Of a stretch of DNA of 64,000 nucleotides, positions 47,048-60,400 are shown piece after piece. This stretch comes from Protoeuglena noctilucae (taxonomy: Eukaryota): NCBI GenBank assembly GCA_958009085.1, contig OY253684.1:310001-374000 (forward strand), read 5' to 3'. The translations under genes and the position numbers were made by a program. Within the stretch, counting starts at the first letter, position 1, and the number at the start of each line of letters is the position of its first letter. The notes under the pieces are model-generated. The model had not been told where the DNA came from. It did no database searches and saw only the letters and a program-made list of their open reading frames with translations.

Positions 47048-50000
47048 TCAGGCGCCGCCCACGGCCACGCGCCCCTGGCCCTGCCCTTGAACGGGACCCG
47101 CCTTGTTGGCCATGTGCAAAGTCTCGTCGCTCGACACCCCGGGGATGCCATGGCCCTGCGACGACTTGCTCATCGTGTACGCCCCCTCGGGCACGGCCGC
47201 GTCCAACCCCGGCCGCCGCGCCGCCCCGGGGCTCTCCGCCATCGCCCCCTTCCCAGAGTCGCTCCCAGCGCTCACCGCGTCCCCCTGGGCCGCGCCGCTG
47301 CGGGACGCGTGTGCCGCCGCGTGCGCCAGGGGGCCTGCCGAGGCAGGGCCACGGGACCCGGCGTCCGCAGCGGGGCGGGTGGCGGCGGCGGGGGCGGGGA
47401 GCGGGGCGCGCGCCCGGGGTGGCGCTGAGGTCTTGTACAGGTCGCTGAGCTCCTCGATGGCGTGGGGTGCCCAGTGCGCCGATGCCCGTAGGGTCGGGGC
47501 GGCCGAGAGCGAAGTCCACGACAGCTGGGGCGCCAGGGGGCCCGGGGGTACGCGGGGCTGCGACACGTGCGCAGCGCGCTCCCGGACGCCGCGGGGCAGC
47601 CCCGCGAGGACCGCGGACGGCACGACGGAGGGGCGGTCAGGGGTGGGGCGGGGTCCGGCGGCGGCGGCCAGGCGGGGCTGGGGCGCCGTGCCACTGCGCG
47701 CCTCGTGGCCCTGCATGCCCGAGGACGAGCGCGCGGGCGAGGCGCGCCCTCCCTGGGCTGCGCCTTGGCTCCCCGCGTGCCTGTCATGCGGCTCCCCTGA
47801 ACCCGTGGCCTCCTCGTCGTCCCCTGACGCGTAGGGAACGCCGTCCTTGCGACGCGCGCAGTTGCGCGGCGCTGCGGGGGGGAAGCGGAAGGGCGGGGCT
47901 GTCAGCGGGTGGGCCACGTTGCGCGTTACAGCCGTGACGAACGAAGCGAGTTGTGTCATGCATCAATGAGCTACAGCAGATACCAACTGCGCCAGCTGCA
48001 CGTGCCGCGCTCCCTGCACCCCCGCGCCGCGCCCTCACCGCTGTCCGTGCCGCACCGCCCCTTGCGCTGCTTGACGCAGACCCGGCACCGCACCGCCCGC
48101 GGCCGCCCCTTGGCCTCCCCGCCCGCCTCCCTGTCCTCCCCCTCCTCGCTCAGCCCGAACGCCGCCGCGCCCAGCACCCCCAAAGCGTCCGCCGTGCCCT
48201 TGGCGGCCGACATCGAGTCGTCCTTCATCGGGGCATCGCTGCCGCTGCCCTGGTGCGACCCCGGGGCGCCCGGCACGGCGGCAGGGCCGTGCGGCTGCCG
48301 CGCTGCGGCGTGCGGGAGCGCGGAGGACCCCGGGGACGGCGGCGGCCGGAGGGCGGTCCCCAGTCCCTGTGCCCCAATGGCCGAGGCCCGGACGGCGGAC
48401 GGGGGCACCCCGCCGGCGTGGACGGTGCAGAAGAAGGAGAGGCACCCGGGCGCGGGCGCGAGGCTGAGGTAGCACGGGCAGGCCTGGGCGCACATGAGGT
48501 GGTAGGACCTCTGGCACTCCCCCGCCATGCACTTGAGCGTGGCGCCCGTCTCGCCGCACATCTCGCACGGCGTCTGCAGGGCCATCTGGATGATGCCGGG
48601 GAGACTGGGGGAGGGGAGGGGTTGGGGAGTGTCAGGTGGGGGGCAGAAGACACAAGGCGAGCAAAGCAGGCATGAGGGCGAGTGCTCACTTGATGCTGCG
48701 CTCGTGGCTCCAGGAGCTGAGGCGGACGCAGGCCTCGTGTACGTACAGGAGCTGCTTGGGCTGCGGACGGGGCGAGGGGCGGGAGAGGTCACAGCAGGTG
48801 TCATGTGCGGCACCGGGACACCCGGCCGTCATCCAGCCAGCACGTCAGCATGTCCGCCAGCCTCTCACCATGGTGCGCGCGAGGATGAGGTGCCCGGGGA
48901 GCACGTCGGGGGAGGCGGCGCCGGGTCGCCCACAGACGCAGCAGCAGGCGTAGGCGGGCGGCCCTGTCTTGACCAGCCGGGCCACCATCGACTCGAACTC
49001 CTCCCCCGGGGCAGGCATGGCCTCGGAGGCGGGCTTGCGGGAGCTGAACGGACCCATGAGGAGGTTCCATGGGGCGCTGGCGGGGGTGTCCGGGACCGAC
49101 CCACTGCCGGGCGGAAGGGCGGCGTCCGGGCGAGCCGACACGGACGCCCGGTGGGACTTGACCTCCGCCGGGGGGTGCCCCAGCGGCAGCGCCGCGACGG
49201 GCGCTGGGCGCGCGGCCTCCAGGGATTTCCGGCTGATGAGGAGCTCCGGAGCCGCGCTGGACGCGGGCTCCTCGACCAGCACCCCCGAGAAGACCCGGCC
49301 GCCGTACGCGAGCTCGACGTACACCTCGCCGTTGTTGCGACGCGCGCGGAGCACCTGGGGCACGTCCGGCCCCGCCAGGACCTGCCCCATGGCGGGGGGG
49401 GTCGGCGCGGCACGGCGGGGCAGGGCCGGCAGGGCGGGGACCGTCGGGCGGGCGACCAGCGGTGGGCCGCCGCTGCTGCGCCGGGGCTTCTTGGCTGGCG
49501 GCGCGCCGGCGTAGGCGTCGCTGCGCCGCCCCGACGGCCGCGGGGGCTCCCCATCGGCGCCCACGCCCCCCGCATGAGCGCCCCCAGGTCCCCCGTCCAT
49601 GGAGCTCCCGTGCGTGCGGCCCCTGTGCCGCACTTGCTCGTATCCGCACAGTGACGCCACGTTCATGGGGTCCACGGAGTCCTGGAGCCTCGGGGGCTGC
49701 CGCTTGACCCTCTGGGCCCGCTCCACCACCACCGCGTCCCGCCCAATGCGGTCCATGTGGAGGTCCCCACCCTCCGCCAGCGGACCCTCGTCGTCCTCCA
49801 TGCCCTCGTCCCTCCCCACCTCCTCCTCGTCGCCCCCGCTCCCCGGCATCAGCCGCATTGCCAGCAACGCGTCCCGCTCTGCCCCATCCATCTCGTCGTA
49901 TCCCTCCCCACCCTCCATGCACTCCCCGCAGTCCGCAGGGCCGGCATCCCCCGGACGAACGCTCTCCGCCTCCGGCTCCCCCAGCATATCCTGCGATTGA

Positions 50001-50987
50001 CGAAAGACACTGCCGTAGGCCCACACCTCGCACATGACGAAGAACCTGGCATGCAGGGCCCAGCCGCGCGCCGCCGCTCGCCTGGCCGTCGGTCTCGCTC
50101 CGCTTGGCGGAGCCGTTGGCACCGGGAGCCGCAATCGTCTTGAATAAGCTCATGGCCGCCCGGGACGACGACCGCCGCAGCTCGTCCGATCGCTGCGCCG
50201 CCACGCCAATGGCCTTCCCGTCGGCGCGGCCCACGCGGGAGGGCCGGCTCGATCGGTTGTACTTGGTGGCGATGCGGTAGTGGTCCATCCACCGCCCCAG
50301 CGTGGCCTGGAGGTTGCCGCTCCTGCGGGACGGGCCAGGTGTGCTACAACTGACGGTCAGCCCAGGCGCACCTCGCCATGCCGCGCACCCCGGCACCGCC
50401 ACAGGCGCCGCCGTTGGACAACCGCGGAACCCCCTCACCTCAGCACGACTCGAACCGAGTACTTCCACTTCTTGCTGGCCGCCATGCCGGCGTGCCGCTC
50501 GAACTCGGTCGGCGTCATGAGCAGGGGCGCGCCCCGGGTGGCCTTGCGGTCGCAGCTCGAGCAGGCGCACTGGAACATCTGGTCCTCCACGCGGAAGGTG
50601 CCCGTGAGGCCGTTGCACACCACGGGGACCTCGGGAGGCGGACCCAGCGCGGGGTCTTCCTCGGGAGGGAACTCGTCCTCCGCGTCGATCACGCGGACGT
50701 GGCCCTCGTCGATGTGCGCCGAGAGGGGCGCCTCCGACGGGCCGCCGTCGTCGTTCGCGCCGTCGTCGTTGTCCCACACGTCCGAGGCCGAGGGGGCCGA
50801 GTCGAGCGGAGGGGTCAGCGGCGGAGGCGCCGCCGCCGCGGGGGGCGGCGCGGGCTGCGATATGTGCTTCCTGCGGGGGTGAGAGGAGGGTAAGGCGTGT
50901 GGCGCACGTGACCGCGCGCCTGCTGACCCGCGAGGCGGTCGCGAGGCAGTCGCACATGTGCAGGGGTGCAAGACGCCTGCGGGGCAT
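47048..50987 (-). CDS. Chromatin/transcription protein with an N-terminal SAND domain, an extended PHD (zf-HC5HC2H-like) finger and an extra Cys cluster; ends approximate
   Basis: VVCNG...CACSSC...MTPTEFERHAGMAASKKWKYSVRV (SAND). CCVC...VHEAC...CEMCGETGATLKCMAGECQRSYHLMCA...FFCTVH (ePHD). RCRVCVKQRKGRCG...C. Confidence 0.8.
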
Positions 50988-52470
50988 GTCTGGCGGTAGC
51001 TGCTGCGATATGGTCACCTTCGCGCGTCCGTGGGGGTCGGGGCAGGGGGCGTCGGGGCGCCCGCCTCCCCTTCCTCCGGGAGGTGCAGCTTGCCGGGCGC
51101 CATGGGAAGTATCTGCGGGGCAGGGGAGGCGGGCGGGGCGGGGTGCGGTCGCGATCAGGTCCCCTACGCTTCAGCCCCGCGCGGAGATGCGTGGCGAAGG
51201 CGCACGGGCCGGCGGGGCGTCCCGCACGGGCCCCGAAAAGGCGCGCGCCTTCGCGGGGGCTCTGCGGCGCCCACGGCGGGCCAGGGGCGGGTCTGGGGAT
51301 GTCAGGCGCTAGGATCGATCTACACAGAAACGCAGGACGGCAGATACCCTTGCGCGGGCGACGCTCGGGGCCGCCGCGGGCGTGAATCTCCCGAGGGCAC
51401 AGGTGGCGCTCCGGGCGGCGATCGGCGCAATCGAGGCCGTCCAGCCCGCGCCCAGAAGGCGCGAGCGTCGATCTCAGACGACCGGACGTCGGATGCGCCA
51501 GGATCGGCCGCCGGGGGGCGGCGGCCCGTCCCGGAAAACCGTCCCGGGGCGCCCAGGAGCCACCAAGGGGGCGCGCGCCGTCAGGGGGCCCCGCCCGGAC
51601 CCGTCATGCATAACAGAGGGAAACGCGACCACGGGGGCGCGGCGGGCGTGGCCCCCGGGCGGCCGCGGGAGCCAACTCGGACTGGCCCGTCGGCCGGAGG
51701 CGCCCTGCGTCACCTAGCGGGGCATGGGCAGCGCGCCCCGGCTCCGACAGCGTCACAGATGCAGGCAAGGCGGGGGCCGGGCCGGCGCGACCGCAGCGGG
51801 GCCGAAAAGTGCAAAGGAGCTTTCGGGCAGCGGCGAGGTCCCGCGACCGCGAGGAGAGCGCAGGCGCTGTCGCTGCAAACAAACTCGGCGACGCGACGCT
51901 GGCCCGGCCCGAGACGGGTCCGGGCGGGCGCGCTCGACCGGCAACTGACGGTGCTCCGGCGCCGGTTGCCGGCGCCGGAACGCCCCAGTCGCACAGGTTC
52001 CCTCTTTCGCGGCTGCGCCCGCCGGGCACCCGCAGGTACCCTCCCGCGGGGGCAGGGCGTGGACGCAAGGTCCAAACCGTTGGCAGGCGTGCGAGGCCGA
52101 GGGAGGCGCTCGGGGCCACCTCCGACAGCGGGAACGCTAATTCGTCGCACCATCACGATGCGCGGGGACCATTATAGTGCGGGGGCCCGTAAAAAGGGGC
52201 CCATGCGCCCCCTTTTGTCGCCCCCCTCCGAAACGAGCCCGGGAGCCTGCCGCGATCGCCGAAATCCCTCCTGGCGGCTGTCCAGCCCACTCCCTCACCT
52301 CGGCTCGCGGCCCAGGGGCCCCCGCGCCCGAGCGCGCTGAAAAACTGCGCCCAAGGGACGTCGATGGCCGCGCCCGCGTCAACGAACCTACACCAAGCAA
52401 GCGAGTTTTTTGCGCCGGGCCTGCTGGAGCATGGACTTTCAAAGGCAAGCACGACATTGCCCTAGCGACG

Positions 52471-53791
52471 TCAGGCCGGCGCCGAAGCCTTCTCGGCGTC
52501 CGCCGGCGCGGCGTCGATGTCCTTGAAGCACACGGGACACGCCCGGTTCACCGCCAGCCACTTGTCCGCGCAGGGCGCGTGGTAAAAGTGCCGGCAAGGG
52601 AGCACCTTAACCGCCTCCCCCTGCTCGAACTCTGCGGGGGCCCGCGGCGGCGGCGATGCGTGAGCGTCTGTCTCGCGCCCCTGCTGCCCGCCGCGAGAGC
52701 ATCAACGCGCCCCCTCACCCATGCAGCACACGGCGCACTGCTCCCCCTCCGCCCCGGCCGGGTGCTCCTGGGAGCCGTACGCGCGCTCCGGCAGCGCCTG
52801 CGGGCAGCCGGGGGAGCGCAGGGATCCAGGTGTCGCCAGCGATGTCTTGAGAGGCGAACCTGTCATCAGCATGGGGCATCCCACCTGCAGGGCGTCAGCC
52901 TTGGCCCCCTTGCTGACGTGCCCGCCCAGCTCCCCGAGGCTCAGCAGTTGCTCGTACGACATGCCGTCCACCTGTCGATCCAGCACCGCACCCTGGTCAG
53001 GCACACTACCTTCTGCCTCACCACCGTCCCCCGCGACATCCCCATCCCCTGCGTGTGACTCGTTGGAAGATACACTGTCATTGGCTTCGGGCCAACGTCA
53101 CGGGAGTTGACGATCACATGAAAGCAGATGAGGGCTATCAAGCTCCAAGGGGGGTACACATCATCAAGCACTGCTGCGTCGTGCCCACATTGCACAGGAC
53201 CTATGCGCCCAACAAGACACCAACGGGACCAACACACTCACCCTCCGGTACCGGCTCGGATTCGTCGGCCGGGAACCCAGCCATGGCCAGCATCCGCTGC
53301 ATGTGCTCGCGCTGCTCCTGCTCCAGCAGCATCCGTGCCAGCTCCTCGTCCCCCATGGGATGGGACCCTGCGAATGCACAAGTCGTAAACAACTCAGTAT
53401 GCGACGCAAGCGAGCGAGCCGGCGAGCGGCGCGGAAGAACCAAACGGGCCCGATGTCGACCGTCGTCAGCACCCACCGTCCGGGTAGACGTTCTCGTTCG
53501 CTCCCCAGTTCCCATACGATCCGGCCCCTCCGAGGAGAAACAGCTCGCGCTCCTGCGCCTGCAGCAGCTTGGCCAGCGCCAGGTCCGGATCCTGCGACAT
53601 GTGCGCGACCTGTAGGTTACGCTCTCGGGCCGTGAGAGAGCCAGCATGCGCGACTGCGGCGATTAGATGCCTTCACGGCTCGCCATGGCGCTGTCAGCGA
53701 CACGAGCGAGGGCGCCGCCACGCACCTCCTCATCCGCCCGCGCCCCCGTCGGCGTGTTGGTCTCGCGGAGTATCTCGAACTCCCTCGACAT
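52471..53791 (-). CDS. RING-H2 E3 ubiquitin ligase, BIG BROTHER-related, 6 exons
   Basis: DLALAKLLQAQER, DEELARMLLEQE, VDGMSYEQLLSLGELGGHVSKG and CAVCCM|EFEQGEAVKVLPCRHFYHAPCADKWLAVNRACPVC. Confidence 0.9.
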
Positions 53792-54400
53792 CGCGTTTTG
53801 CCGTCGATTACTTCGCCAACGGGCAGGTGGGCGGAAAGGTCCTTGAGAAGAGCGGCGCGGCGTGGAACGCACTGCGGGCGACAACGCTGCCTTCACGAGT
53901 CCGTGCGGAGTCCCCTGGCAAGCGGGCAGAGTTCTAAGCAATGTGTTCCACGTACCAAAAACTGACGCGGATCCCGCGAGCCAGAACCACGGCAGCCGCG
54001 GCCAGGGCTGGATGCAAAGCGCCCGGCACAGATGCTACACGCACCTGCAGAGTCCCTTGGTTGCTGGGCCACAGAGATCGCACCCAGCTGACGATGAGGT
54101 CAAGGCAATAGCCCGCATCCACGACCCTCGCACCTCAATGGTCCGCAACCGTCGCCCCGGCGCCAGCACGCAGTGCCAGGCCGGCGCAAGCTGGGCGCAG
54201 ATCGCCCTGGCCGATCGACAGAGGCACCAGATCGATGGCTGACGTGCGCGCGGGGGCTAATTGTTTAGCGCAGGAGGACTCTCGCCCCCTTGAGACCACA
54301 CGTGCGTCCCGATGACCCCTTGCCCCCGGCATCAGGCATGCGCGTGACGGCTGTTTGAGGGAGACGCGGGGCAACGAGCCCTTGAGCGTTGGCTTGGACG

Positions 54401-57400
54401 ATGGATGCCACGGCAGAGAAGGCCTGCCAATGGCTCCGCAGCCTGTTCAGCCCCACGTGCCTCGTCGTGCCGTGCGGGGAAGTGCAGGCGGCATGTGACG
54501 CGCGGGGGATATCCGCGGCCGAGATGCTGGCCCCCTACGGCCGCATGGGCACGGGCACCGTCTCCGTCTTTGCTGGCGACCGCACGCTCCTCATGAGCGA
54601 CGCGCGCCTGCGGATGGTGTCCCCGGAGGACTACTCCTCTCGAGCGGATGCCACCGCTGCCGAGGCCCGGGCCCTCTCGTCGCTCCACGCGGTCGGCGGG
54701 CAGGCGGGCAGCGGCGTCCGTTACCTCGAGTACTTCAAGGAATGCGTGCGCGGCGCCCTGCTTCAGGAGGGCATTACGCTCCTCTATCCGGTGGCGATGA
54801 TGTTCGTCGTCCCGGGCCTGGGCCAGGTGCGGCGCGGGGCGCGGTGCAGCGCGTGCTTGGTACCTTCGCCTGAAGCGGGCCCCGTTGATCCCCAGCGGGG
54901 CCGCACGGCTCGGGAACCTGCCCCGAACGTTGCAGTTGCTTTGCTGCAATCGCCGGATAGCTGCTATGTGGGACGGCCGCGCCCGCAATGCGTTTTTTAT
55001 CATTTGCTTCCTCCTGCTCTACGCAGGACCCGCGGGAGGCGATCCGGCAGAGCGAGCGGCGGACCCTGGCTTCCCTCTCGAAGCCCCTGGCGCACTGGCT
55101 GCAGGGCCCGCACATCGCCCGCGTGGCGCTCGTGGTCAGCGCGGACGCGGATCTGTGCGGGGTCACCACGGCGCTGCTGGAGGGGTCCCTGGGCCCGGGC
55201 CGCGCCGTCGCCGTCGTCACAGACCTCGTCCCGGTCCCCGACGACGCATCGCCGGGGGGCGCCACCCCGCGCCGCCGCGCGTCTCAGGACGCCAACACCA
55301 GCGCCGCCACCGCGTCTCCCGGGGCACCCCCTTTCAGCGAATCGGAGGGTCAGAGGGTCCACGAGGCCCTCGGTCGCCTGTTGGGAGCCGTCATCGCCCC
55401 GCACCTCGGCGAGCAGGTGAGGGGCAGGCGTTGGGGGCGATGCGCGCAGGGCTGCGTTGCTTGCGCCATGGTGAAGGGCGCGTGAAAGGGGTGTGATGGG
55501 GTAATGTGTGGACGAACCGGGCGGTAAGGTGGCTTTCACGAGCGCAGTCTGGCAGTCGTAGGGTCGACCCGGGCTGAGGCAGTACATGTGTCCGCTTCCC
55601 CATCGCAGGTCGCGGCTCATGACGACCACGTGCAGGACACGAGGCGTGGCCTCAAGAACAAACTGAAGGGGTTCTTTGGCCTGGGCTCGTCTGCCAAGGC
55701 CGACGGGGGCGCGGGGTCCCCCGCGCACGCCATGGGTGGCCAGGCGCCACCGCTGTTTGGGCTCAGCCAAGGTGGGCATCTGTTGGATTGTTTTGACGGG
55801 CACCTTTGATATGGCTTGCGACAAATGCAGATGTTGCTCCACTGCTCGCCCCACGCCACATTTCTGTTCACCGGGACCCCTCTCACACTGCCCAAGCTCT
55901 ACCGCCCCGCTATGCCCACCCTCGCAGGGGAGACGACGCTCCGCCAGCTGGGCGATTGGTCGCTGCACCTGCAGGACTACGCGGGTGCCGCCTCGGCGCA
56001 CCTCATGCTCGCCTCCGACTTGCGGCCCAACAAGTCCGGGTCGGACCCCTCCGGGTGGCACCAGGCGTGCGCCGTGCTTTGTGCAGGGCTCGCGCAGGCG
56101 CTTGGCAGGAAGGCATGGAAAGACGTGAGTGGCGAATCGATAAATGCATAACGCAAGAGAGTCGCGTTGGGTTGGCAGCAGCCACGTGATTGGATCGGGA
56201 ACAGTCACGTAAATGTCTCCAGCCGTGCAAGCGACTTCCCTCATCCCGCACTCCCCACCTCGTCCTCACAGGTCGCTGCGTCGCTGGAGCAAGCAGCCGC
56301 GCAGGCGCGCGCATGCCGCCACCCTGCGGCCCCTCTGGTGTCCTCCGTGGCCCTCCTCGTCCTTTCAGAGCTCGCAGCCGCAACGGGCGGGGTGCCTCGC
56401 GCGACGTCCATGCTCGTGCGCGCGGGCGCCGGGGAGCCCGTGCCCTCTCGCGCCGGGGTGGTGCTGGAGCGCTTATCGATGCTGTACGCCTCTCTCGGCA
56501 TGCGGCGCAAGGCCGCCATGCACCTGGTGCTGTCGGGGCACCAGTCCCAGGTGACCATTGCGGTGCTTGACTGCGTGGTATTGCACTTTTGCTATTGGGA
56601 TGTACTGGATGGTCGTGTAGGCACCTACATCAGGTCCATCCACACATGTGGCAGCACGCAGACATAGGTACACGGCCCTGTGTTGTTGCTATGCAGCACT
56701 TGACCTCGCTTCGTTTACCCCTGCAGGCGGCCAGGCAGCCCCAGGACGCCAAGGCGATGTTCTCAGCCGCTGTCAGGGCGTACGGGGCTCTGGGCCAGGC
56801 TTTCGAGGGTTTGCGGGGTGGGCCGGGGGCGGAGTGGGCGGGGAGCGCGCCGAGCTGGGGCCGGCCGCGCAGCCGCAAGGGCCGGTGGTCAGCCCTGGAG
56901 GAGCACATGCACTTTGCGCTGGTGCAGCACGCGCAGAGGTGAGGGGGTGGGGCAGGGTGGGGCAGGAGAGGGGTGTGGCAGTGCAGGTGCGGAGGTGAGG
57001 GGCAGGGCATGTGGGGAGAGGAGGGGCCGGGAAGTGGTCGCAGAGGGACACAGAACCATGCTGTGTTCCACACCCTTAATATTGCTGCTGTAAAGAGACC
57101 CCATCCTTACACCACCGCCCCCACCCTCCGCAGCGTGGGTGACTTGGAGGCGGCCACGCGTCACCTGGCGGGGCTGCTGGGGTGCGCCCACCACACGTCC
57201 GGGTCGCCGCAGCTGCACCAGCAGTACCTGGACGCCTTCGTGGCCACCGGTGAGGCGCAGCATGGAACGCCAGGGGGGCGGCATGCAGCATGGAATTGCA
57301 AAAAGCGTGTGTGGCACTGCTGTTAATCGCGGGTCCGCCTTGCGCTTGCACACGTGCACAAGCGTGCTAGATTCCTCGCACATATGGGCCATTAGTCACC

Positions 57401-60400
57401 GCCCTGTCTGCTAACCACAACAGCCCTCGTGTGCGGGGCACGACATGCCGTGTGATGCAGCTCCCCGCGTGCTGTTTGTGTTCCCCGCAGTGCGTGCCCT
57501 TCAGCAGCGCGACGGCGGCGAGGGCCGTCTCTTCCAGGACCTCCCCTTCCCCTCCGTCTCCAGCGAGTCGGTCCGGGTGCTCTGTGCCGGGCGCGTGTGC
57601 GTGGGGAACGCCGAGGCGGGGGAGAGCCCCGAGTCGGTGTGGTCGGACCTGGGTGAGCGAATGCGTGGTGGGGTGTGATGCTGTGTAGGTGTGATGACGT
57701 CCGACGCAGTCCGTGTGGTCCGACGTGGGTGAGCCAAAGCGTAGCTAAGTGCACCCATCGATTCCTGCCGTCGCCGGCCGCAGAGGAGCCCCTGTTGTCG
57801 CTGATGGACCGCCCGGACAAGAACTACGACGCCACGGTCATCCAATGGGGCACCCACGTGGCGACTGGTGCGACCCACCAGGCGGTTGCGGGGGAGGCGA
57901 TGGTGGTGTGCGTGGACGTGGGCAACCCCCTGCACGTGCCCGTGCGCATGACGGCAGTCACGCTCGACTGGTGAGGGGTCGGAAAGGCGTAGGCGGGGAG
58001 TAGTGCTTAACTGGCGTGGCTGGGGGCGTGCCTCACCCTCACTACCACCCTCACTGCCACCCTCACCCCCACCCTCACCCTCACCCTCACTCTCACCCCC
58101 ACCCTCACCCTCACCCTCACCCCCACCCTCACCATCACTGTCACCCCCACCCCCACCCTCACCCTCACCGCCACCCCCCCAGCACTCTGGTGGAGAGCCC
58201 CGGCGCCCCCTCTCCTTCCGCCGCGTCAGGTCTCGAGGTCGAATCCCGGGACGTGGAGCTGGCGCCCAAGGAAAAGGCCACGGTGCAGTTCCGCGTGCGT
58301 GCGATGCGCACGGGGCGCGTGCGGATCTCTGGCATGCAGATGACGCTGCAGGGGACGGTGCGGGCGCGGGTGCAATTCCAGAAGCGCAGTGCGGACGCGG
58401 CTCTGCGTGTCGGGCGGCGGCCAGCGGGGGCGGGGGAGGGGGCGGACGACGGGGCGATCGTGGTGGACGTGGCGGGGGGTTTGCCGCTGCCGGAGGGGCG
58501 CATCGTGGGTGTGCCCGATGGTATTACGGCTGGGGAGCTGTGCAGGTGAGGGGCATGGAGTCAGTGCGCTAAATGGTACCACGGCTGGGGGGCTGTGCCA
58601 TCATCATCAGCAGCAGCAACCACAGCCCCGCAGGCGCAACACTTCTCACCTGTCGAGTTGCCCATCATTGATATCAAACTCGGCATCATCGTGCCTCCCC
58701 ACAGGTGCTGGGTGGTCCTCTCCAGTGCCGGCCCGGTCCCCATGACCCACCTGGCCCTCGCCGTCTCCTCTTCTGACGTCTGCATGGCCGACACCGCCTG
58801 GGTCCGCCGCTCTAATGCCTTGGGTACCCCCAGCCCCTCCACCGCCGCTACCGTGCGTGAGGTGTCCCAAGGCCTGTACCAACTCGACCGGTCACTGACG
58901 CTGGCCAGGGGCGACGAGCTGTGGTGGGCCTGCATCGTGTCGCCCACGTCGAAAGGCACGTTCCGGTGCCACCTCTCCCTGGCGGCTCAGGGAACGGCGC
59001 TAAGCAACGCGCCTGGGCCGGGCCAGTCCCACGTCCGCAAGCCCTCCACGCTGTCGTCCTCCACCGGGCCAGGGGGCCTCGCGGGCGCTGATTTGGTCCG
59101 CGTGATGCGATTGGGGATCGAGACTTCGGTGGCGCATGGGCCAGCGGTGTCGGGGCACGCGCAGGCAGTGGCCGGGAGCACTGCGGATGTGGTGCTGTGT
59201 CTGCAGGTGGGGGGGTGGGGTGGGAGAGTGGGTGGGGGGTTTTTGTTGGTTTGCAGCGCAAACTGGGGTGGGGTGCATGGGTCGGTGTGCTGTGGGAGGT
59301 GCATGAGCTGCGCTGGACCACTCACCCCGTATGCCACCACTCTCTGCCTACTACTTTGTGCCTACTGTGTGCTTTCAACTCTTTCCCATCGTTCTCTATC
59401 CCTTTTCAGGTGGACAACAGCCGCGAGCACCGCCGCTGCCTGCGCCTGCTGTCAGTGGAGTCGGTCACCCCCGACTGGACCCTCTCAGCTCTCCCTACGC
59501 CCGACTGGGTGGACCCGGGCGACCCGGACGCCGAGGGCGGTCTGACTGAGTCAGGGGACTCGGGGGTGAACCTGGTGGCGTTCGGGGAGGGGAGCGAGGG
59601 GCGTCCGGTTGCGGGGGTGGCTGCCACGACAGTCAAAGAGGTCCGGCCGGGTGCAATGGAGGCTCTGGTGGTGCGTGCGACGCTCAAGAGCGCCGCGGAC
59701 CTCAAGGACGCGGAGGGCGAGGGGACGGTGAGGGTTGGAGCACGTTTTGCAAAGCACGTTCCGGTGTCTGCGGGGTCGGTGGCTGGGGGGCGGGGTCACA
59801 GCGACAGAGAGGGCTGCAATGGTTCTATCAAGCCTTGTCACGTGATATAGCAAGTAAGTAAGATCATGTTATGATTATACTCCATTCCCCTGTCACACAG
59901 TTTTTGGACCTGACGGAGCTGCCCGTGGTCCCGGCCCGCGGCCACGCCCGCCACCTCTCCCGCACGCTGTCATCGGACCCCGCCTCCCCGCGCACGCACC
60001 CCCAAGGCGGCTCCCGCGCGGCCCAGCACTCCCCGCGGTCGCGCCACGCGGAGGGGGTCCCTGTTTCTGACAGGAAGGGGGCGGCCGATTCTGACATCGA
60101 CGACGTCAGGCCGGCCGCACGGTCCCGGCACCACTCGCGCCACCGTAGCATTGTGGAGAGCGCATTGGACGGCCTCGCATCCGTGGGGACTGCTGTGCAG
60201 GGCGTTCCCGTACCAGGGCCGTCGGCGCAAGCGGGCGCTGGTGCGGGTGCGGGAGGGGCGGGGGCGGGTACGGCAATGGGAGCGTGGGACTCTGCGGTGG
60301 CGGCGCTGCAGGGGCGGCGGCTGGCGACGGCGCGGGCGCGTGCGCTGCCGACGGGGTGGGGGCGGGCGGTGGAGGTGGCGGGGACGCACCTGAGCGCCAC

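Noticed and set aside
55744..56271. Apparent GC donors in TRAPPC8 at 55744 and 56065
   Set aside because: Canonical GT donors near 55772 and 56125 give the correct phase or a better protein fit, so these were excluded from the GC-AG tally.
58031..58180. (CCCTCA)n as an interstitial telomere or a His-Pro coding repeat
   Set aside because: The unit is CCCTCA/CCCCCA rather than CCCTAA or CCCTAAA, it is degenerate, and it lies inside a GT-AG intron.
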